This document shows positions 25,770 to 32,000 of a stretch of DNA of 32,000 bases, piece by piece. This stretch comes from Neisseria lisongii (GTDB lineage: Bacteria; Pseudomonadota; Gammaproteobacteria; Burkholderiales; Neisseriaceae). Both the position numbers and the translations under genes were made by a program. Position 1 is the first letter of the stretch. The number at the start of each line of letters is the position of its first letter. The notes under the pieces are model-generated. The model worked only from the letters and a program-made list of their open reading frames with translations. It was not told where the DNA came from and did not search any database. The stretch covers positions 953,235-985,234 of the forward strand of contig NZ_CP116766.1 in the NCBI RefSeq assembly GCF_028463985.1, given 5' to 3'.

Positions 25770-26690
25770 CTATAACCCCAGCTCTCTCAAGAATCGGATG
25801 TCGTCGGCCCAGCCGGATTTGACTTTGACCCACACTTTTAAAAACACTTTGCTGTCAAACAGTTTTTCCATGTCCAAGCGGGCTTCGGTGGAGATTTTTT
25901 TCAGGCGTTCGCCGCCTTTGCCGATGAGAATGGCTTTCTGGCTGTCTTTATCCACCAATACGGCGATGTAGATGCGCAGCAGCCCGTTTTCGGTTTCTTC
26001 AAACTGTTCGACTTCGACATTCATGGCGTAGGGTAATTCTTCGCCGAGGTAGCGGAACAGTTTTTCGCGGACAATTTCCATGGCGAGAAAGCGGCTGGAT
26101 TTGTCGGTAACCATGTCTTCGGGATACATCGGCACGCTTTCGGGCAGGTAGGGTTTGAGCAATTCGAGCAGATTGGCAATCCGCAGCCCGTGTTTGGCGC
26201 TGACGACTTCGTGTCCGGCAAAGGCAAATTCGCTGCTGACTTGTTCGACAAAGGCTTCCAAATCGTATTTGTTTTTTGCTTTGTCGATTTTATTGACCAC
26301 TAAAATCACCGGTGTATGTTTGGGAAACTGTTTCATCACAATGCGGTCGGCATCGGTAAAACGCATGGCTTCAATCACGAAAACGGCGACATCCACGCCG
26401 CTCAGGGCTTCGGTAACGTTTTGGTTGAGGCGGTCGTTGAGGGCGTTGCGGTGGGCGGTTTGAAAGCCGGGGGTATCGACAAAGACAAACTGCGCTGTGT
26501 TGTCGGTATAGATGCCGGTTACACGATTTCGGGTGGTTTGTGCTTTTTTGCTGGTAATGCTGATTTTTTGCCCGATTAAGTGGTTCATCAGTGTGGATTT
26601 GCCGACATTCGGACGGCCGACAATGGCAACAAAGCCGCAGCGGTAATCCTGTTGCGGCTTTTCGTTATTCAAAAAGGTTTCGATGTCCAT
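25770..26690 (-). CDS. era: GTPase Era.
   Basis: 306 aa. GFVAIVGRPNVGKSTLMN (G1), DTPG and NKID motifs, with a KH domain at the C-terminus. It lies immediately downstream of rnc. Confidence 0.95.
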   Translation of the reverse strand: MDIETFLNNEKPQQDYRCGFVAIVGRPNVGKSTLMNHLIGQKISITSKKAQTTRNRVTGIYTDNTAQFVFVDTPGFQTAHRNALNDRLNQNVTEALSGVDVAVFVIEAMRFTDADRIVMKQFPKHTPVILVVNKIDKAKNKYDLEAFVEQVSSEFAFAGHEVVSAKHGLRIANLLELLKPYLPESVPMYPEDMVTDKSSRFLAMEIVREKLFRYLGEELPYAMNVEVEQFEETENGLLRIYIAVLVDKDSQKAILIGKGGERLKKISTEARLDMEKLFDSKVFLKVWVKVKSGWADDIRFLRELGL

Positions 26691-26711
26691 AATATGATTT
26701 TAAACAATGTT

Positions 26712-27431
26712 TTATTTGCGGGATTTTTTTAAAGGGAATTTCTTTTCCAGCCATGCGAGCGCTTCGGCGGCGGTTTCTTGTTCGGCGGCTTTGCGGCTGC
26801 TTCCCTGTGCTTGGCAGACAAAGCCCAGTTCGCCCAAATCACAGGAAATAACAAACTGGATTTCGCCGTTGCAGCAGATTTGGTCTTCGATACGGTATTT
26901 CGGCAACGCCAAACGGCGTGCCTGCAGCGCTTCCTGCAGCGTGGTTTTGTTGTCTTTGCCCTGATTTTTGAAATCGACCTGCTTCACCCGTTCGGCAAAC
27001 AGGCGGCGTACGACTTTTTCGGCTTCGAAAAAGTCGGCATCAAAACTGACGGCGGCAAACATGGCTTCCATAGCATCGGCGAGAATCGAAGGCCGTCTGA
27101 AACCGCCGCTTTTGAGTTCGCCCGAACCGAGATACAGCCCGTCGCCGACATTGATTTCCAAGGCGATTTCCGCCAACACGCCTTCATTGACCAAATTGGC
27201 CCGCAGGCGGGAAAGCTCACCCTCGGTGAGTTTGGGGAACGTGTCATACAGCATTTTGGCAACGGTATAATTCAATATTGCATCGCCGATAAATTCAAAA
27301 CGCTCGTTGTGCGCAGCGCTGAAACTGCGGTGGGTCAAGGCTTGGCGCAGCAATTCGGGGCGGCGGAAGGTGTAATCCAAACGTTTCTGAATCGCAAGAT
27401 GTGCCTGCTGTTTGATTAAATCGGACTTCAT
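26712..27431 (-). CDS. rnc: Ribonuclease III.
   Basis: 239 aa from MKSDLIKQQ, with RBS aggaaacc (the track ORF extends to 27503). The signature is NERFEFIGDAILNY and a dsRBD sits at the C-terminus. Confidence 0.93.
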   Translation of the reverse strand: MKSDLIKQQAHLAIQKRLDYTFRRPELLRQALTHRSFSAAHNERFEFIGDAILNYTVAKMLYDTFPKLTEGELSRLRANLVNEGVLAEIALEINVGDGLYLGSGELKSGGFRRPSILADAMEAMFAAVSFDADFFEAEKVVRRLFAERVKQVDFKNQGKDNKTTLQEALQARRLALPKYRIEDQICCNGEIQFVISCDLGELGFVCQAQGSSRKAAEQETAAEALAWLEKKFPLKKSRK

Positions 27432-27638
27432 AATCGGTTTCCTGAATAGAATAAATGCAGCCCGAATGTGTTTCCATACTTTGCCGCAGCGGCGTTTTGC
27501 CAATACGGAAACACTTTAAGGCTGAAAAACGGCGATTATACCATTAATCTGCATTTATCAGGCAGCGGCGCAGGAATATCGGTGCGAAAAGCCGCCAAAT
27601 CGTGTAAAATTGCCCCACTCTGTTTGACATTTGACATC

Positions 27639-27959
27639 ATGAATATTTTTGCACAGGCACTCTCCGCCGCCCTCGACCGCTGCATCGCCACCAAAACCGT
27701 CAGCGAACAAGGCCGTCCGGTCGGCTTTCTCTACCGTGAAGCGCCAGTTTTCGAACACGACAGCGGCTGGCGTTTTTTCAGCGGCGACGAAAGCGACGAA
27801 TACACCGACAACCCCGATAATTTCACCGTCTGCAGCATCGCCGACATCACCGAACACAATCCCGAAATCACCGCCCTGTTAAACGAAACCGAAGGCGCTT
27901 GGGAATGGACGGAAAACGGCACATTCCAAGCAGTCGCCGACTGGCAGCCGCAAGACTGA
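27639..27959 (+). CDS. Small hypothetical protein, DUF2185/Imm33-like. The family name is from memory.
   Basis: 106 aa from MNIFAQ. The motif GFLYREAPVFEHDSGWRFFSGDESDEY is typical of DUF2185 as I recall it. The upstream part of the track ORF (27468-) overlaps the rnc promoter region and is unlikely to be coding. Confidence 0.6.
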   Translation: MNIFAQALSAALDRCIATKTVSEQGRPVGFLYREAPVFEHDSGWRFFSGDESDEYTDNPDNFTVCSIADITEHNPEITALLNETEGAWEWTENGTFQAVADWQPQD

Positions 27960-27972
27960 CCCGCCCATTCTG

Positions 27973-28010
27973 TTTTCAGACGGCCTCAATGATAAAAGGC
28001 CGTCTGAAAA
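27973..28010 (+). terminator. Inverted DUS pair hairpin.
   Basis: ttttcagacggcct-caatgataaa-aggccgtctgaaaa, 14 nt after the stop. Confidence 0.65.
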
Positions 28011-28033
28011 TCCACTATTTTAAGGAATGAAAA

Positions 28034-28516
28034 ATGAACCTGATTCAACCCAACCTCAACGGCAGCAAGCTGCGTATCGGCATCGTCCAAGCCCGTTTTA
28101 CCAATGAAATCGGCAGCAAAATGCTCGAAGTCTGCTGCAATACGCTGCAAGAATTGGGCGTGGCAGACGAAGACATCACCGTTGCCACCGTACCCGGCGC
28201 ATTGGAAGTGCCGCTGATTCTGCAAAACATGGCTTCTTCCGAACAATACGATGCGCTGATTGCCATCGGCGTAGTGATTCGGGGCGAAACCTACCATTTC
28301 GAGCTGGTTTCCAACGAATCCGGTGCCGGCGTAACCCGTGTCGGTTTGGACTACAATATCCCGATTGCCAATGCGATTCTGACCACCGAAAACGACGAAC
28401 AGGCCATTGTCCGCATTGAAGAAAAAGCCTCCGATGCCGCCAAAGTCGCCGTAGAATGCGCCAATCTGGTCAACCGTCTGCTGGAAGAACAGTTTGACGA
28501 CGAAGACGATGAATAA
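28034..28516 (+). CDS. ribH: 6,7-dimethyl-8-ribityllumazine synthase.
   Basis: 160 aa. [14 protein letters not shown]..., [24 protein letters not shown] and [11 protein letters not shown]. It is followed by nusB, the conserved ribH-nusB pair. Confidence 0.95.
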   Translation: MNLIQPNLNGSKLRIGIVQARFTNEIGSKMLEVCCNTLQELGVADEDITVATVPGALEVPLILQNMASSEQYDALIAIGVVIRGETYHFELVSNESGAGVTRVGLDYNIPIANAILTTENDEQAIVRIEEKASDAAKVAVECANLVNRLLEEQFDDEDDE

Positions 28517-28610
28517 CCATCGGCCGGAAAACTTTGACTATCCTATTTTCAGACGGCCTTAATCATAAATAAAGATGCCGTCTGAAAACCGTTACACAGA
28601 AAGAAGCAAC

Positions 28611-29036
28611 ATGAAAACTCCCCGCCGCCGCGCCCGCGAACTGGCCGTACAGGCTTTGTACCAATCCGAATTAAACAGCACCGCTGCGCCAGAAGTGGCG
28701 AAAAACATTCAGGATTTGCCGGAATTTGAAAAAGCCGACACCGAACTCTTCAGCAAACTGTTTATCGGCACCCACAGCCGCAAAGCCGAATACATGGACT
28801 TAATCCGCCCGCTGATCGACCGTGACGAAAAAGACCTCAGCCCGATTGAACGTGCCGTCTTGCTGATGGCCTGCCACGAGTTGAGTGCCATGCCGGAAAC
28901 GCCGTATCCGGTGATTATCAACGAAGCCATCGAAGTAACCAAAACCTTCGGCGGCACCGACGGCCATAAATTTGTCAATGGTATTCTCGACAAACTCGCC
29001 GCCCGACTGCGCCCGAACGACCCGAAACGCTCGTAA
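28611..29036 (+). CDS. nusB: Transcription antitermination factor NusB.
   Basis: 141 aa from MKTPRRRARELAVQALYQ. The track ORF starts 36 nt upstream, inside a DUS. The C-terminal region reads INEAIEVTKTFGGTDGHKFVNGILDK. Confidence 0.93.
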   Translation: MKTPRRRARELAVQALYQSELNSTAAPEVAKNIQDLPEFEKADTELFSKLFIGTHSRKAEYMDLIRPLIDRDEKDLSPIERAVLLMACHELSAMPETPYPVIINEAIEVTKTFGGTDGHKFVNGILDKLAARLRPNDPKRS

Positions 29037-29054
29037 GGCATCAATCAAAAACAA

Positions 29055-29097
29055 GCAAGCCGTCTGAAAATTTGATTTTCAGACGGCTTGGTTTTTA
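29055..29097 (+). terminator. Inverted DUS pair terminator after nusB.
   Basis: caagccgtctgaaaat-ttg-attttcagacggcttg followed by gttttta. Confidence 0.8.
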
Positions 29098-29187
29098 TTA
29101 GTACATTTAAAATGTATGCCCAAGTTCAGCAACACAGGTGGGCAACAAATTGCCCGCCCTACTCCTGTATTTAATTAAAACCGATGT

Positions 29188-29769
29188 TTAACCCACCCGA
29201 TAAAACGCCAAACTTCCGAGCAGGTTTTGGAAACGGTCAATCCGTTTGTTGCCCGCCATAACCGCCCGTTCCCGAATGCGGATTTTGTTTTTGGCGCACA
29301 GTAAATCAAAATCTTTCAGGGTACACCAATGGATATTCGGCGTGTTGTACCAATGATACGGCATCCGTTCGGATACCGGCATATGACCGCCCAAAGTAAG
29401 TTGCAGGCGGTTGCGCCAGTAGCCGAAATTCGGAAAGCTGACAATCGCCTGATCCGCCACCCGCATCAGCCCGCGCAAAATCATTTCGGTGTTCTGCATC
29501 GACTGAATAGTCTGGCTCAACACAATCACGTCAAACGAATGGTCGCAAAACTCTTCCAAACCCCGTTCCAAATCGGCCTGAATGACGTTCACGCCCCGAG
29601 CCATAGCAGCGATGACGCTGTCGGTGTTGATTTCGATGCCGTAGCCGCTGCATTTTTTATGCGTTACCAGTGCCGATAGCAGCTCGCCGTCGCCGCAGCC
29701 CAAATCCAAAACTCTGCTGCCTTCGGGAATCCAGTCGTAAATCAGTTGTAAATCGTCGCGCAAATTCAT
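29188..29769 (-). CDS. metW: Methionine biosynthesis protein MetW.
   Basis: 193 aa. It has a SAM-MTase-like [12 protein letters not shown] motif. Its start overlaps the metX stop (ATGA). Confidence 0.93.
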   Translation of the reverse strand: MNLRDDLQLIYDWIPEGSRVLDLGCGDGELLSALVTHKKCSGYGIEINTDSVIAAMARGVNVIQADLERGLEEFCDHSFDVIVLSQTIQSMQNTEMILRGLMRVADQAIVSFPNFGYWRNRLQLTLGGHMPVSERMPYHWYNTPNIHWCTLKDFDLLCAKNKIRIRERAVMAGNKRIDRFQNLLGSLAFYRVG

Positions 29770-30905
29770 GATCGGATATCCTTGTACACATTGTTCATAT
29801 AGGCCGCCACGGCACGGATATACGGCTCGTCTTCCATCAAAAATGCGTCGTGGCCGTGATTGGATTTGACTTCGATATACTGCACGGCTTTGCCGGTGGC
29901 AATCAGGGCATTGACCAATTCTTTGGAACGTTCCGGCGAAAAACGCCAGTCGGTGCTGAAGCTGGCAACAAAAAATTTCGCCTGTACATGCTGCACGGCT
30001 TTGCTCAGGCTGTTGCCGGCATCCGCTGCCGGATCGAAATAGTCTAAGGCTTTGGTCATCAGCAGATAGGTGTTGGCATCGAAGCGTCCGGCGAATTTGT
30101 CGCCCTGATAGCGCAGATAGGATTCTACTTCAAATTCAACGCCATATCCGTATTGATAGCCGTCTGAATGCAGTTTTCTGCCGAATTTTTTACCCAAACC
30201 GTCTTCCGCCAAATAGGTAATATGCCCCATCATACGGGCAATTTTCAAACCCCGTCCCGGCAAGGTATTGCGGCGGGCGTAATGCCCTTCGTTGAAATCA
30301 GGATCGGTGAGAATCGCCTGCCGTGCCACATCGTTGAACGCAATATTCTGGGTGGAAAGTTTCGGTGCGGAGGCAATCACCAAGGCATGACGCACACGGT
30401 CGGGAAAATCAATCGTCCACTGCAAAGCCTGCATTCCGCCAAGGCTGCCGCCGACCACTGCCGCCCATTGGCGGATACCGAAATGGTCTGCCAGCATGGC
30501 CTGCGATTTTACCCAGTCTTTGACCGTAACTACCGGAAAATCGGCACCGTAATCCTGTCCGGTTTGCGGATTAAGCGAAGTCGGTCCGGTGCTGCCGTGG
30601 CAACCGCCCAAATTGTTCAACCCGACCACAAAAAAGCGGTCGGTATCAATCGGCTTGCCCGGCCCGACCATATTGTCCCACCAACCGGGATATTTATCCT
30701 CGGCCGAATGCCGTCCCGCCACATGGTGGTTGCCCGAGAGGGCATGACAGATTAACACGGCATTGCTTTTCTGTTCGTTCAACTGCCCGTAGGTTTCGAC
30801 CATTAAGTCAAAGCGGGACAAAACCCGGCCGTTGCTCAATGTCAGCGGCGTATCGAATGCGATTTTCTCCGGTCTTACAATGCCGACCGAACCTGCGTTT
30901 TTCAT
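29766..30905 (-). CDS. metX: Homoserine O-acyltransferase MetX.
   Basis: 379 aa from [10 protein letters not shown] (the track ORF starts 4 codons earlier). It is an alpha/beta hydrolase with the [12 protein letters not shown] nucleophile elbow and a C-terminal HGHDAFL. Confidence 0.93.
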   Translation of the reverse strand: MKNAGSVGIVRPEKIAFDTPLTLSNGRVLSRFDLMVETYGQLNEQKSNAVLICHALSGNHHVAGRHSAEDKYPGWWDNMVGPGKPIDTDRFFVVGLNNLGGCHGSTGPTSLNPQTGQDYGADFPVVTVKDWVKSQAMLADHFGIRQWAAVVGGSLGGMQALQWTIDFPDRVRHALVIASAPKLSTQNIAFNDVARQAILTDPDFNEGHYARRNTLPGRGLKIARMMGHITYLAEDGLGKKFGRKLHSDGYQYGYGVEFEVESYLRYQGDKFAGRFDANTYLLMTKALDYFDPAADAGNSLSKAVQHVQAKFFVASFSTDWRFSPERSKELVNALIATGKAVQYIEVKSNHGHDAFLMEDEPYIRAVAAYMNNVYKDIRS

Positions 30906-31033
30906 AACTCTTCCCACCCATACGGCAAAACGGTATTATATAGCGAAACAAAACGGGAAATCTATGGCATGGCTGAAATGTCGCTTTTCCCCTGTATTTT
31001 CCGCACAATCTTTCCCACCAATCAGGAAATAAA

Positions 31034-31387
31034 ATGAAGAAACTCTGTCTGCTTCTTGCCGCTTGTTTTGCCGTTGCCGCCTGCGACAAAATCAAAGATC
31101 AGGCGGTCGGCACATTAGCAGCCAATATGGATAACCACACCATACGCAACGAGTTTGTAACAAGCTGCGCTCAGGAAGGTCTGAATATTCTGCCCGCCGC
31201 CGGTCAGGAAAATGCCGAATCTTTGTGCGGCTGCCTGTATGACGAAACCAAAAAAATGTATGCAGATGAAACGGAGTTTTTCAAAGCCATTCTTGACTTG
31301 GGCTTGAACACCGATAAAGATGACCACCCCTATTATCAGAAAATCGCACAAGTTTCTGCGCAATGTGTGAAACGGGTCGTGCAATAA
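31034..31387 (+). CDS. Hypothetical lipoprotein.
   Basis: 117 aa. MKKLCLLLAACFAVAAC|DK has a lipobox. Four further Cys residues are present. Confidence 0.7.
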   Translation: MKKLCLLLAACFAVAACDKIKDQAVGTLAANMDNHTIRNEFVTSCAQEGLNILPAAGQENAESLCGCLYDETKKMYADETEFFKAILDLGLNTDKDDHPYYQKIAQVSAQCVKRVVQ

Positions 31388-31430
31388 GCCTTTTCAGACG
31401 GCATACCGCCAACCAAACGGAAATTAAACC

Positions 31431-31631
31431 ATGATCGGCCGACTATTACGCATTTTTTTCCTGTTTGCACTCGCTGCATTTCTGGTCAGCCGCCTCTTCA
31501 GCCGCCGCCAGAAACGTGCATTACGGGAAGTTGCCCAAATCAGCGCTTGGGTCTTGCTCGGCGCTTCGCTGGCCACTTTGGTGTGGTATCTGGTGATGCT
31601 GTATTTCAAACATATCCCTGATGCTTATTGA
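31431..31631 (+). CDS. Hypothetical small membrane protein.
   Basis: 66 aa with two hydrophobic helices separated by a basic loop, SRRQKRALRE. I recognise no homology. Confidence 0.45.
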   Translation: MIGRLLRIFFLFALAAFLVSRLFSRRQKRALREVAQISAWVLLGASLATLVWYLVMLYFKHIPDAY

Positions 31632-31661
31632 GTTTTAATGTTCAAATCCTAACAAGATAAA

Positions 31662-31700
31662 ACGATGCCGTCTGAAAACCGGATTTTCAGACGGCATCGT
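31662..31700. terminator. Bidirectional inverted-DUS hairpin between convergent genes.
   Basis: acgatgccgtctgaaaacc-gg-attttcagacggcatcgt, with a T-run on the + side. Confidence 0.75.
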
Positions 31701-31737
31701 TTTATTCTTACAGCCTCTCTTTACGGCATGGCCTGTA

Positions 31738-32000
31738 TCACGCCAAAAACAGTTGGTATGCTTTATTGTCGGTTTCTTCCTGATAGATATAGCCCAAGCT
31801 GTCCAAAAACTCGGCGAAGGCGGCGTTGTCTTTCGGCGGCACGTCCACGCCGACCAGAATCCGGCCGTAATCGGCACCATGGTTGCGGTAGTGGAACAGT
31901 GTGATATTCCAGTCGCTCTGCATATGGTTCAAAAAGCGTGCCAATGCGCCGGGACGTTCGGGAAACTCGAAGCTGATTAGGCGTTCGTTGCCGACTTTGT
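31738..32000 (-). CDS. ilvA: Biosynthetic threonine dehydratase IlvA, C-terminal regulatory (ACT-like) domain. It is 5'-truncated by the window edge.
   Basis: The minus-strand frame is open to the window end: ...[54 protein letters not shown]...[12 protein letters not shown]. The [10 protein letters not shown] and ISLFHYR motifs are characteristic of IlvA. Confidence 0.88.
   Translation of the reverse strand, partial: KVGNERLISFEFPERPGALARFLNHMQSDWNITLFHYRNHGADYGRILVGVDVPPKDNAAFAEFLDSLGYIYQEETDNKAYQLFLA

Noticed and set aside
26778-27419. 213-aa + strand ORF antisense to rnc. Similarly, 30168-30755 is antisense to metX, 17162-17698 to the IS110 gene, and 29329-29679 to metW.
   Set aside because: They are antisense to strongly supported conserved genes and show no motifs or RBS.
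27468-27638. N-terminal 57 codons of the 163-aa track ORF preceding the DUF2185-like domain.
   Set aside because: This part overlaps the divergent rnc start and promoter region and has odd composition. The internal ATG at 27639 gives a protein that starts right at the conserved domain.

Overview
Neisseria-type chromosomal segment. The uptake sequence GCCGTCTGAA occurs dozens of times, often as inverted pairs that look like terminators, and the era, rnc, ribH, nusB, metXW and ilvA genes look Neisseria-like.

Layout, left to right:
1. 1-7122: 3' 7.1 kb of a giant Hia/YadA-type trimeric autotransporter adhesin. It contains about 0.9 kb of collagen-like Gly-X-Y repeat in which the reading frame is broken.
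2. 7190-7780: a block of MITE and Correia-like repeats.
3. 7782-9092: cysN, with no cysD next to it.
4. 9547-16354: a 6.8 kb Nf/MDA-like filamentous prophage carrying an IS110-family recombinase, cleanly inserted in a dRS3-like MITE.
5. 16531-17770: a second, IS621-like IS110 element.
6. 18124-23431, minus strand: a Slam (DUF560) outer-membrane translocon and a 968-aa lipoprotein with a TbpB-type C-terminal barrel. They are separated by a roughly 790 bp array of about 123 bp tandem repeats, and an (AGGTT)7 tract lies upstream of the lipoprotein gene.
7. 23964-25164: a third IS110 element, inside a repeat-rich stretch.
8. 25770-32000: housekeeping genes era, rnc, a DUF2185-like gene, ribH, nusB, metW, metX, two small envelope proteins and the 3' end of ilvA.

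Main hunt result: all three IS110-family recombinases are preceded by a structured non-coding segment. Its two internal loops contain short sequences that match that element's own insertion junctions, both target flanks and element ends around a CT core. This is the architecture of bridge-RNA-guided recombinases, and one of the three appears to be the integrase module of the filamentous prophage.

All structures and matches were found by eye. Nothing was computed or searched.
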